This document shows, in pieces, positions 20,683-30,226 of a stretch of 64,000 nt of DNA. The stretch is from Bacteroidales bacterium (GTDB lineage: Bacteria; Bacteroidota; Bacteroidia; Bacteroidales; VadinHA17). The notes beneath the pieces are model-generated. The model was not told the origin of the DNA. It ran no database searches and saw nothing but the letters and a program-made list of their open reading frames with translations. Within the stretch, counting starts at the first letter, position 1. Each line of letters opens with the position of its first letter. Position numbers and translations under genes: made by a program. The stretch covers positions 8,811 to 72,810 of the forward strand of contig WXFD01000024.1 in the NCBI GenBank assembly GCA_009877105.1, in the 5' to 3' direction.

Positions 20683-21168
20683 TCACTCCATTTCACGCTG
20701 AAGTGCAGCCATCCGTATTGCGGTTACTGCAGCTTCATCGCCCTTGTTGCCATGCTTTCCCCCCGACCTTTCTTCTGCCTGTTCCAGGTTCAGGGTTGTC
20801 AGGACGCCAAAAATAAAAGGTATGTTGTAATCAAGATTCAACTGTGTGATCCCGTGGGTTACACCCTGGCAGATGTATGTGAAATGAGGTGTTTCACCCT
20901 GTATGACACATCCGAGGCAGATGATTGCATCCAGATCCTCATATTCGGCAAGGAATTGAGCTCCCAGCGTAAGCTCAAAGCTTCCGGGTACATGCTTTAC
21001 GATTATATTGCTTTCGGAAGCCCCGTGCTTTTTTAATGTTTCCACTGCTCCCTTCAGCAACGAACCGGTAATCTGATGGTTCCAGTCCGATACAACAATG
21101 CCAAACCTCATTTTTCCGGCATCGGGCACCGATCCGGGAGCATATTCGGAAAGGTTTGCCGTGGCCAT
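20683..21168 (-). CDS. ribH: 6,7-dimethyl-8-ribityllumazine synthase
   Basis: [23 protein letters not shown] and GNKG. Confidence 0.97.
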   Translation of the reverse strand: MATANLSEYAPGSVPDAGKMRFGIVVSDWNHQITGSLLKGAVETLKKHGASESNIIVKHVPGSFELTLGAQFLAEYEDLDAIICLGCVIQGETPHFTYICQGVTHGITQLNLDYNIPFIFGVLTTLNLEQAEERSGGKHGNKGDEAAVTAIRMAALQREME

Positions 21169-21857
21169 TATTCAGAAAGTATTTTTACCCTTGCAATGTA
21201 TTTGTCGATTGTTGTGCCTTCGGTACTTTCAGGATATTCATCCTTGATCCTCTGATATATCTGCAATGCTTTGGAATAATTGTTCTCCATTTCGTAAAGT
21301 TCGGCAGCTTTCATCAGAAAAACGGGTGTATTGAAGGAATTATCAGCATATTCAGCAGCCTCAAGATACTTTGACAGGCCTTTTTTTGTATCGCCCAGCT
21401 CAACATAGGCATCGCCGATGGCTCCAATGGCAAGCGACCCGATAACTTTATCCTTCTTTGAATATTTTCCCAGGTAATCGATTGCTTCCTCATAATGCCC
21501 GAGATGAAGAAAACAGATCCCGGCACAGTACCGTGCAAGATTCCCTGCCTTGGTGTACTTGTAATCATTGGCAATATCGATGAATCCAAGATAGTTGCCA
21601 TCTCCGTTCAGTGCAAGATTCAAAGAATCCGATTCCAGATATCTCTGGGCCTGGTACATTTGTACCTGTGCCTCGTCATTCCGGTTGTTGAGATAGAGTT
21701 TTCCAAGCCAGATCAATCCCACCAGCAGGACAATCACACCCAGACCTGCCAGCAATGCCTTGTAATTACTTTCAAGAAATTGTTCGGTCTTGGTCAATGT
21801 CTCCTCAACATTCTTCAGGCCCTGCGGATTTTCGCCTTTTTTCTTGCCTTTTGCCAT
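21168..21857 (-). CDS. Membrane-anchored TPR protein
   Basis: One N-terminal TM helix followed by TPR-like helices; 1-nt overlap with ribH. Confidence 0.85.
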   Translation of the reverse strand: MAKGKKKGENPQGLKNVEETLTKTEQFLESNYKALLAGLGVIVLLVGLIWLGKLYLNNRNDEAQVQMYQAQRYLESDSLNLALNGDGNYLGFIDIANDYKYTKAGNLARYCAGICFLHLGHYEEAIDYLGKYSKKDKVIGSLAIGAIGDAYVELGDTKKGLSKYLEAAEYADNSFNTPVFLMKAAELYEMENNYSKALQIYQRIKDEYPESTEGTTIDKYIARVKILSE

Positions 21858-21895
21858 AACAGTTTATCCTTAAAACACTTAAAATTTTAACTCCG

Positions 21896-21903
21896 CAAAA
21901 GTA
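21896..21903 (-). promoter_or_regulatory. -7 promoter element (TACTTTTG) for TPR-ribH
   Basis: Exact TAnnTTTG followed by C. Confidence 0.65.
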
Positions 21904-22240
21904 GTTCTTTTAAAATTATTATGAAAAAATTAATTAAAAATTCAATGAGATAGGGATTCGATAATAATATATTGAATATCAAATATATGAATCGGATCTG
22001 CCCGAGAAATGATTTCAGCAGGTTTCATGCCGGAATAGATAATGAACCCGGAATACATAAAATCAATCTGGAAAAGTACACGCAGGCAGCCACTGATAAT
22101 TGGCTGACCAATCACTGGAGGCAGCATTAGGCCTGATTCCACTGTTCCGAAAATATTCCTGCTGATTTGCGCATATTTATATTTTCCGTCGCCGCGGCTA
22201 AAATGGTCAGCCGGATGTACCGGCCAGGCCATCTTTAGGT

Positions 22241-22248
22241 TATATTTG
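22241..22248 (+). promoter_or_regulatory. -7 promoter element (TATATTTG) for recF-dciA
   Basis: Exact TAnnTTTG followed by C, about 115 nt upstream of recF. Confidence 0.55.
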
Positions 22249-22364
22249 CAATCTGATACAGTTATGTTTTTGAATCAGGGAAGCAAATAAAACAATCGGC
22301 TTATTGCCTCACGAAACATGATTGTGGCTCTGAATATTTTAATTCAAAGGAAGGAACGGTATTT

Positions 22365-23510
22365 ATGTATATTAAAAGGCTGACCCTTACCAATTTCAAG
22401 AATTATGCCCAGGCGGATCTCGAGTTCTCCCCGAGGATCAATTGTTTTGTCGGCAACAATGGTGTCGGCAAGACGAATATCCTCGATGCCATACATTATC
22501 TTTCCCTTACAAAAAGTTTTTTCAACAATATCGACAGCGTAAGCATCAGGCATGGTGACGATTTCTTTCTTCTTCAGGGAATTTTCAGAAGGGGCGGGGA
22601 TGAGGACAATATCGTCTGTTCCTTTCACAGGCAGAAACAAAAGGTTTTAAGGCGGAACAGCAGGGAATATCAGCGGTTATCTGATCATGTAGGCCGATAT
22701 CCGGTCGTAATGATCTCACCCGCTGATAGTTCACTGATCAATGAAGGGAGTGAGGAACGGAGGAAGTTCATGAACAAGATAATAAGCCAGTACAATCCGG
22801 GTTACCTTGACTCCGTTCTCAACTATAACAAGGCACTTCAGCAGAGGAACAAACTTCTCAGGGATTTCGCGGGAAGATCAGATTTCGATACCGAGATGCT
22901 TGATGTGTGGGACGTACAGCTGATGAAATACGGGGAGCATATTTTTGGAGAGAGAAAGCTTCTTATGGAAGAACTTGGCCCTGTTTTCCAGGAGTATTAT
23001 TCCATGATCTCAGGAAATAAGGAAAGAGTACGGCTGATTTACAATTCGCACCTCATTAAGGGTGATTTTGGGGAGACCCTGAAGCTTGCGCTGAAGAAGG
23101 ATTTGTTGCTTGAATATACGACAACGGGGATCCATAAGGATGAGCTTGTATTTGAAATGAATGGTTATCCCGTTCGCACCCTTGGCTCACAGGGTCAGCA
23201 GAAATCATTCCTGACGGCCCTTAAACTGGCAAAGTTTGATTATATTAAAAGAAAAGCAGGATTTGCCCCGATCCTTTTGCTTGATGATATTTTCGACAAA
23301 TTCGATGCCGGCCGGGTGACCAGTATAATAAAACTGGTCGGCAATCACAGATTCGGACAGATCTTTATCACGGACACACATCAGGACAGGCTCGAGGTTA
23401 TTCTGAATGAGACCGGGATAGAATACAGGCTTTTCAGGATCGGCGAATCGGGAATAGGAGAGATACTGCAGAATGGTGAAAACGGAAATATGACTGATGA
23501 GGCGGAGTAA
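22365..23510 (+). CDS. recF: DNA replication/repair protein RecF
   Basis: NFKNY, GNNGVGKTN, GSQGQQK and LLLDDIFDKFD. Confidence 0.96.
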   Translation: MYIKRLTLTNFKNYAQADLEFSPRINCFVGNNGVGKTNILDAIHYLSLTKSFFNNIDSVSIRHGDDFFLLQGIFRRGGDEDNIVCSFHRQKQKVLRRNSREYQRLSDHVGRYPVVMISPADSSLINEGSEERRKFMNKIISQYNPGYLDSVLNYNKALQQRNKLLRDFAGRSDFDTEMLDVWDVQLMKYGEHIFGERKLLMEELGPVFQEYYSMISGNKERVRLIYNSHLIKGDFGETLKLALKKDLLLEYTTTGIHKDELVFEMNGYPVRTLGSQGQQKSFLTALKLAKFDYIKRKAGFAPILLLDDIFDKFDAGRVTSIIKLVGNHRFGQIFITDTHQDRLEVILNETGIEYRLFRIGESGIGEILQNGENGNMTDEAE

Positions 23511-23787
23511 AACGATATCGCTGGCCGATGCCATGAAGGATTATCTGCGTGAAATGAAACTGGAGGACAAGCTGCGTGAGATCAGTCTTGTCAATTCCTG
23601 GGAGGAGGTAGTTGGAAGGGCCATATCGTCAAGAACATTAAAAATATACATTAAGGATGGCGTTTTGTATGTACATCTCAGCTCGTCGGTTGCCAGAAAT
23701 GAACTTATGATGCTGAGGGAGGAACTGATGGACAAGCTGAATCAGAAAGCCGGATCAGAAGTTATCACCCGGATTGTATTCAGGTGA
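23497..23787 (+). CDS. DUF721 / DciA-family protein
   Basis: WEEVVG...I...GVLYV...SS pattern; overlaps the end of recF, the usual context for this family. Confidence 0.85.
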   Translation: MRRSKTISLADAMKDYLREMKLEDKLREISLVNSWEEVVGRAISSRTLKIYIKDGVLYVHLSSSVARNELMMLREELMDKLNQKAGSEVITRIVFR

Positions 23788-23807
23788 GGGTAAACGATAA
23801 TTATCCT

Positions 23808-25379
23808 TCACTTTGTTTTTTTGACTTCCGGTTCCAGGTAAAGTCCCTTTCTTGAAAGCAGGTGGTCGAGATTTGCAAGCCCGTATACTACTACCGCCAT
23901 AACCACCGAAGTGTGTTCCTGGTATTCTGCAATACTCTTGTCATAAGTATCTTTTTCAGTGTGCCATATTTCCATGTAGCTGAAATCGTAACCCTTGGTA
24001 TCGGGGGTGTCGAACGACAGTGTCGGGACCCCGTTCATGGCAAAATAGGCATGATCGGAGCTGCCGGCAGTTGCCGGTCTCGGCCGGGGAGGATTGGTGT
24101 TTTTGGTGAGGGTGAAAGGGAAATCAGGATTGATCCTGTTCAATGGCCTGCACACTTTTTCGAAATCCTCATACATGGCTTCGGGGACTTCCAGGCCTGA
24201 TGCCACTGTCGGACCGCCGTCGCGGTTGAAATAGTTTGATATTTTCGGAAGTTTGTCCTTGTTTGACTCCACCCAGTGTTTTGACCCGAGAAGCCCGAAC
24301 TCCTCTCCAGCCCACAGGCATGCAAGTATAGTTCTTTTGGGTTTGCCCCCGGCTGCCATTATCAGCCTGGCGGCCTCCATGACCGGAGTTGCACCCGACC
24401 CGTCATCAACTCCGCCCGTTGCAACGTCAAAAGCATCCAGGTGGCCTCCCATCATAACATATTCATCGGGATAACGCGTGCCCCTGATGATCCCGATCAC
24501 ATTATGGAACCTGACCGGGCCAGGTTTAAAATGATTGCGGATGTCGAACTCAAGGAGGAAGTAGCGTCGTTCCCCGGCCATTTTTTCGATGATGGCATAT
24601 TGCTGCTCATCAAGCTTTATGTCACAAACTGTCGGCAGGTTGTCAAAGGTCATTTTATTCAGGTTTTTCCTGTCGTAGAGAGCCCTTATCGGAACAGCCG
24701 ACGACTGGATTATGCCGAGTATCCCTGCTTCGCGCATCTCGCGGTAGAAAAGAGCGGGTTCTTCCTTAAGCTGATGTAGTTCCCTGGCTGGCTTTCCGCG
24801 ATTCGCAAAATTCCAGAACATGATTTCACGGTTAATCTTTCCGATGGAGTCATTGTATGCTATTATCCCTGCCCGGACAGAATCTGCTTTTGCGGAATAG
24901 TCCACGGGCCAGCCGTCGTTTTTGCCGCCTATCAGTACCCAGGCCCCTTTGAGGGCGCCCTTCATCCTTTCAAATTCTTCACGGTTCCTGGGCTCGATAA
25001 GTACATGCCCCCGCTGAACTCCTTTTGTTCCGGAGGTATATGATGGCGTGGCAAAATGAAGTGTCATGCCGTTCTCCGCAAGCAGCCTTCCGAACCAGGG
25101 CCCCCGATTAAAGCCTACAGGAACACTTCCAGCTTCATCCAGAATCACTTCCATACCCCACTTCTTAAATTCCGAAGCACACCAAAGGGCTGCGTTTTCA
25201 TAGGCATCGGAGCCGACTAGCCTGCCTCCGAACCGGTTTGTTATAATATCAAGGTGATGCATGGTCCGGTTATCTGTTCTGCCCAGTTCAATGATCCTGT
25301 CGATTTCCTTTGATTGCTGTGAATTTACATTCAAGGCAATCACTGTGGTGACCCATATGAAAAAAAGTTTCTTAATCAT
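23808..25379 (-). CDS. Secreted M28 metallopeptidase (carboxypeptidase Q-like)
   Basis: GGHLDAFD, DDGSG, GEEFGLLGS, SSDH and WHT; signal peptide from ATG 25379. Confidence 0.88.
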   Translation of the reverse strand: MIKKLFFIWVTTVIALNVNSQQSKEIDRIIELGRTDNRTMHHLDIITNRFGGRLVGSDAYENAALWCASEFKKWGMEVILDEAGSVPVGFNRGPWFGRLLAENGMTLHFATPSYTSGTKGVQRGHVLIEPRNREEFERMKGALKGAWVLIGGKNDGWPVDYSAKADSVRAGIIAYNDSIGKINREIMFWNFANRGKPARELHQLKEEPALFYREMREAGILGIIQSSAVPIRALYDRKNLNKMTFDNLPTVCDIKLDEQQYAIIEKMAGERRYFLLEFDIRNHFKPGPVRFHNVIGIIRGTRYPDEYVMMGGHLDAFDVATGGVDDGSGATPVMEAARLIMAAGGKPKRTILACLWAGEEFGLLGSKHWVESNKDKLPKISNYFNRDGGPTVASGLEVPEAMYEDFEKVCRPLNRINPDFPFTLTKNTNPPRPRPATAGSSDHAYFAMNGVPTLSFDTPDTKGYDFSYMEIWHTEKDTYDKSIAEYQEHTSVVMAVVVYGLANLDHLLSRKGLYLEPEVKKTK

Positions 25380-25826
25380 TCTGCCGTGTTTTTTAAATGC
25401 AAGCCACAATTCTACTAATTATATTTAAAAAATATATCACCTCCGTTTATCAAAAGATAAAATAGAAGCAAAAATATCAACGCTTTTGCCCTATTGACAT
25501 CCGGGGTTGGGAATTAAACAATTGTTTCAATGTTTCTTTGTAAAAGATCATATTGAGCTGTTTAAATGACAATAATAAACCATATTAAATCAGCCTGTTA
25601 CGACTTATTCCTCCTGTGCATTCCCTCTGTGCGGCAAGGGAAATGAATATTGGGACTGAAAGCTCCGGTCAATTTCGTTTATGTACGACAAAAACTGCGG
25701 ATACCCGGCAATCACATGTCTACAAATGGAATAAAACGAAGATTTACAGGGGGGTCCCGGATCAATCACAATGGTGACAATGCTGAGGAATAGCTGCCAA
25801 TAACCTGAGCTGATGAATTATTGTTT

Positions 25827-26288
25827 TCAGATATAGGCAATGCAATCCATCTGGATCAGGTGGTCTGCGGGAGGCAGACCGTTGGGGACTGCTACGGTTG
25901 TCCTGGCCGGGGGATTCTTTCCGAACCGTCCCTTGTATACTTCATTCATCCCGTTATAGTCATCCATGGTTTCCAGGAATACGGTTACCTTAAGCACCTT
26001 CTCCATCGAAGAGCCCGCCTTGATGAGTTCGCCTTCAATCATTTTGAGGACATTGTCGGTGTGTACCTTTATGTCACCTTCAAGCCGTTTTCCATGACCT
26101 GAAACAAATACAAGATTACCGTACCTGGTAAAAGGTGAAAACAAAGGCTGATCCTGGAAATTTACCGCTTCCGCAGTTACCTTTTCCATGCCTTCCCCTG
26201 ATCCTGCCCTTGCTGTCAGGCTTGCTCCGGATGCACCTATAAATGCAGCGAATAATTTTTTGAGTACTGATCTTCTTTCTGTTTTCAT
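25827..26288 (-). CDS. RidA/YjgF-family protein with Tat signal peptide
   Basis: ERRSVLKK...ARA signal; LVFVSG, VLKVTVFL, MNEVY and PARTTV. Confidence 0.88.
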   Translation of the reverse strand: MKTERRSVLKKLFAAFIGASGASLTARAGSGEGMEKVTAEAVNFQDQPLFSPFTRYGNLVFVSGHGKRLEGDIKVHTDNVLKMIEGELIKAGSSMEKVLKVTVFLETMDDYNGMNEVYKGRFGKNPPARTTVAVPNGLPPADHLIQMDCIAYI

Positions 26289-26340
26289 ACTGTAGGTTTA
26301 TTTGAAATCACTGTGTCAGGTCAAATTATGATTGCTCCCG

Positions 26341-26348
26341 CAAAGCTA
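26341..26348 (-). promoter_or_regulatory. -7 promoter element (TAGCTTTG) for the Rid gene
   Basis: Exact TAnnTTTG followed by C. Confidence 0.6.
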
Positions 26349-26784
26349 AAATATGGGAATAAAACCATTTCTGCAAACAACTCACTCCTACGAAGTTTGG
26401 TTTATAAGATTCTCACCGGGAATTTCGCATCTTCAGGCAACTTACAGAAATTTACCATGTTAAACCGCCTTAAAGGCATATAACCGGGATTATTATTTAA
26501 ATTATTTTCCCATACATACGTTGTTATTCTCCGGATCACATTGGAGTGATGATGTTACCGTCAGAATTTTAATCCTCATGCACTTAAAGATAAGCCGAAT
26601 ATTATTGATCTGAATTCAGCAAGTTATTCAGGCCGGGGAAAAGAACCTTTCAGACCGTGTGATTACGACAGGGCTGTTGGAATTAATGTGTCATGATGTC
26701 AGTAATAATGAGTAAATTTCCAGGCAATATCAGAATGACACGTTTATGCTGTATTGGGGACAGGTTATTCTGAGTGTCATGTCA

Positions 26785-26811
26785 GGTTGCATATGGTTGC
26801 ACTTGTTTGCA
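26785..26811 (+). repeat. Three direct repeats of G(G/T)TTGCA at an exact 10-bp period
   Basis: ggttgca-tat-ggttgca-ctt-gtttgca, read directly. Confidence 0.7.
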
Positions 26812-26868
26812 TCATTTCAGCAAATCCGGCATAAAGTTATTTCTTGTGGAAAGTTATAAATATCAGGT

Positions 26869-28221
26869 ATGAAAACGACTGATTATTCGAGGCGTGAATT
26901 TTTAGCCAAAAGCTCATTAGGCGGGCTCGGCTTGCTGACCGCTGCAAACACATCCGGCTGCAGGCGCGACTTTGAAAGATCCTCCATGACCGTAGGCCAA
27001 CGGGCAAAGATAGACACTCTGGGAGGAATGACTCTCGAACAGCTGCGGGATCAGTACAGGGCCGAACTGTTTGACAATTTTATTCCCAACATGGACCGGT
27101 ACGCGATTGATCATGAATACGGAGGAGTAATGTGTTCGATGGATATCCGCACGGGCGAACTGGAAAACATGAATAAAACCGCATGGTACGTTGGCAGGGG
27201 ATTGTGGGTATATTCATACATGTACAATAATCTTGAAAAGAATGCCCGCTTCCTGGAGATTGCAGCCAGATCAAAGGATCTGCTCCTGAAAATTCAACCC
27301 GCTGACGGCAGTTTCTGGACCGAAAGTTTTACCCGTGAAGGTGTGCCTCTTTCCGGGCCGGGGGACATATATGGCAGTTTGTTTGTTGCGGAAGGCCTGT
27401 CGGAATATGCTGAGGCATCGGGGGAGAAACAATACAGGATCATGGCAAAGAAGATCATTTTTGATTGTGTCAGGCGTTACGATCAGCCTGACTATTCCTA
27501 CAGTATAGGCAGTTACCTGAAAAATTCACCTGCAATTCAGGGACCGAGAATATTGGGTCATTGGATGATCCTTCTGAGCCTGTCTACACAGATGCTCATG
27601 CATGAGCCTGATGAAGATCTTGAAAATCTTGCTGCACGATGCGTCGATGCAATCCTGAATCATCATGTCAACAAGGAATATGGACTTACGAACGAGGTTC
27701 TGAACCATGATTTCAGCCTGCCGGATAACGCATATGCACAACATTCAATTACCGGGCATGGTCTGGAAACCCTTGCCTTTGTCATGTTCGAGGCAGGCCG
27801 TCGCAGGGACGGGAAACTGTTTCGGTCTGCGGAAAAAGTTTTCAGGAAAATTGTAGATGTCTGCACCGATCACGTCTATGGCGGATATTTCCATACCTTG
27901 CAGCAGGTGGATAACAACATCTGGAGCACGGAAAAATCACTCTGGTGCCAGCAGGAAGTCATCAACGGTACTCTGTTTATGATTGAACACACCGGTGATG
28001 AATGGGCAATCGGACATTTTGAAAGGACAAATCCATATATTTTTGATAAATATTATAATCCGGCCCATAAATTCTGGCATTTCGGCGGTGACCGGAAGAT
28101 GGCATATCGCAATGTGACCCTTATGGAACACTACCATCATGCCCGGCAGTTTATCCGCGGTCTGCTTACATTTGAACGTCTCATTGAAAGGGGAGGCAGG
28201 ATATCAGGTTTGTTTGCCTGA
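26869..28221 (+). CDS. AGE-family (N-acylglucosamine 2-epimerase superfamily) epimerase/isomerase with Tat lipoprotein signal
   Basis: SRREFL...SGC N-terminus; DHEYGG, KTAWYVGR, GHGLE, KSLWCQQE and YHHAR. Confidence 0.85.
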   Translation: MKTTDYSRREFLAKSSLGGLGLLTAANTSGCRRDFERSSMTVGQRAKIDTLGGMTLEQLRDQYRAELFDNFIPNMDRYAIDHEYGGVMCSMDIRTGELENMNKTAWYVGRGLWVYSYMYNNLEKNARFLEIAARSKDLLLKIQPADGSFWTESFTREGVPLSGPGDIYGSLFVAEGLSEYAEASGEKQYRIMAKKIIFDCVRRYDQPDYSYSIGSYLKNSPAIQGPRILGHWMILLSLSTQMLMHEPDEDLENLAARCVDAILNHHVNKEYGLTNEVLNHDFSLPDNAYAQHSITGHGLETLAFVMFEAGRRRDGKLFRSAEKVFRKIVDVCTDHVYGGYFHTLQQVDNNIWSTEKSLWCQQEVINGTLFMIEHTGDEWAIGHFERTNPYIFDKYYNPAHKFWHFGGDRKMAYRNVTLMEHYHHARQFIRGLLTFERLIERGGRISGLFA

Positions 28222-28466
28222 GAATTACCCTTTGGTGGGTCTGTGTCAGCAGCCTGGAAGGCCATGTTTTTTCGTGTGCTTAATGATTCCGGAAGGATAG
28301 GTATGACAGAGGATTGAAACAAGGGTTCCTTCCTGATCAACCTAAAAAATGACAATCGTCTGCATCCATAATTCGGTATGATGCATGATCATCCGATAAA
28401 TCAGTTATTTTTAAGCCCTGAACCATAATTTTGATTTACTGGATGAATTTAATCACTGCTGAAAAG

Positions 28467-30122
28467 ATGAAGAAATACCTTGTTATCTTTTTTCTGATCT
28501 CAGCCTTATCAGGCTGCAAGACCTGGAACAGGAGCTTTAAGGCCGCCTTGCAGACCATCACTGCCGATGACATGAAGAAACACATTTCGGTACTTGCCTC
28601 GGATGAATTCCTTGGCAGGGCCCCGTCCACCGAGGGCGAAACAAAGACTATCAGTTACCTGGCCGAACAATTCAGGCAGATCGGACTTCAGCCTGCTGCC
28701 AGGGGCAGCTACTTCCAGGAAGTTCCCCTGGTCAAGCTAACGGCTGACCATGACATGAAACTCGTCATAACAGGGGGGAAGAATATGGTCAGACTGAAAT
28801 ACAGCGACGATTTTATCGGGAACACCCCGCAGAGGAAGGATCATATCAGGATTGACAATTCTGACATGATTTTTGTCGGATACGGGATTAATTCCACGGA
28901 GTATGGATGGAACGATTATGAAGGCCTTGATGTGAAAGGAAAAACGGTGGTATTGCTTATTAATGATCCGGGATATGTCACTTCCGACAGCAGTCTTTTC
29001 AACGGCAGGGCGATGACATATTATGGACGCTGGACATATAAATACGAGGAAGCTGCGCGGCAGGGAGCCGAAGCAGTAATTATCATCCACGAAACAGGTG
29101 CCGCCGCTTACCCCTGGGGTGTGGTTCAGAACAGCTGGAGTGGCCCTGAATTCTGCCTCGAAGATGATGAATTGGCTTCATCCGGCCTGCAGTTCAAAGG
29201 CTGGATCACAAATGAATCGGCAAGGAAAATATTCGGATCTGCCGGCCTTGATTTTGACCGTTTGACAAAATCCGCATCCACCAGGGGCTTCAAGCCTGTT
29301 GATATGAAACTGAAACTATCCCTGGAGCTGAGAAACAGGACTGAATATACCCGGTCAAACAATGTCGCTGCCGTCTGGCCGGGCAGCAGGAGGCCGGATG
29401 AATACATCATCTACACTGCTCACTGGGATCATTTTGGTGTAAACAACGCTTTTAAGGGCGATTCCATACTGAACGGTGCGGTTGACAACGCAACCGGAAC
29501 AGCATCTCTGCTGGTGATGGCAAAGGCATTCACATTGCTTCACCCGGTGCAGGACCGGTCAGTTCTGTTCCTCTCGGTTACCTGCGAGGAACAGGGATTG
29601 CTCGGAAGTGATTACTATGCAAGAAACCCGCTTTTCCCTCCTGGGAAAACGATCGGGGTGATAAACATTGACGGCCTGAACATCTTTGGAAGGACGAAGG
29701 ACATGAATATTACCGGTTACGGCTTCAGTGGACTGGACGATTATGCAATTGCAGTCCTGGGAAAATATGGCCGTTATGCTACTCCTGATCCCACCCCTGA
29801 GAAAGGCAGTTATTTCCGATCCGATCATTTTAGTTTTGCAAAGGTGGGAATTCCTTCATTGAACCTTTCGTCGGGGGTCGACAATGTTGAGCATGGCAGG
29901 GAATGGGGACTGGCCCAGAACGAAAAATGGACCATGGATAATTATCACAAGCCTTCTGATAATTACGAGCCAGACAAATGGGATTTCAGCGGGATGATTG
30001 AAGATACACGTGTATATTTTGAGATTGGCTATGATCTCAGCAACACTGATGACTTCCCGGAGTGGAAGCCGGGAATCCCGTACAAGTCACTCAGGGATAT
30101 GATGATGCAGAAGCAGAACTGA
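28467..30122 (+). CDS. M28 aminopeptidase lipoprotein with PA domain
   Basis: LSGC lipobox; YYGRWTYKYEEA, TAHWDHFG, NGAVDNATG, EEQGLLGS, RSDHF and YHKPSD. Confidence 0.9.
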   Translation: MKKYLVIFFLISALSGCKTWNRSFKAALQTITADDMKKHISVLASDEFLGRAPSTEGETKTISYLAEQFRQIGLQPAARGSYFQEVPLVKLTADHDMKLVITGGKNMVRLKYSDDFIGNTPQRKDHIRIDNSDMIFVGYGINSTEYGWNDYEGLDVKGKTVVLLINDPGYVTSDSSLFNGRAMTYYGRWTYKYEEAARQGAEAVIIIHETGAAAYPWGVVQNSWSGPEFCLEDDELASSGLQFKGWITNESARKIFGSAGLDFDRLTKSASTRGFKPVDMKLKLSLELRNRTEYTRSNNVAAVWPGSRRPDEYIIYTAHWDHFGVNNAFKGDSILNGAVDNATGTASLLVMAKAFTLLHPVQDRSVLFLSVTCEEQGLLGSDYYARNPLFPPGKTIGVINIDGLNIFGRTKDMNITGYGFSGLDDYAIAVLGKYGRYATPDPTPEKGSYFRSDHFSFAKVGIPSLNLSSGVDNVEHGREWGLAQNEKWTMDNYHKPSDNYEPDKWDFSGMIEDTRVYFEIGYDLSNTDDFPEWKPGIPYKSLRDMMMQKQN

Positions 30123-30226
30123 TGCATATGAGAATACAGGGCCGGTAATCAGGGTATTCCGGTAATTAAATCCCTTTCTTTCCGTAGATTCTTGTTTGTT
30201 AACGTGAAAAAGATGTTCTATAGTTA

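Noticed and set aside
25410-25826. Intergenic region with a 26-codon ORF (MTIINHIK...)
   Set aside because: No motif or other support for translation
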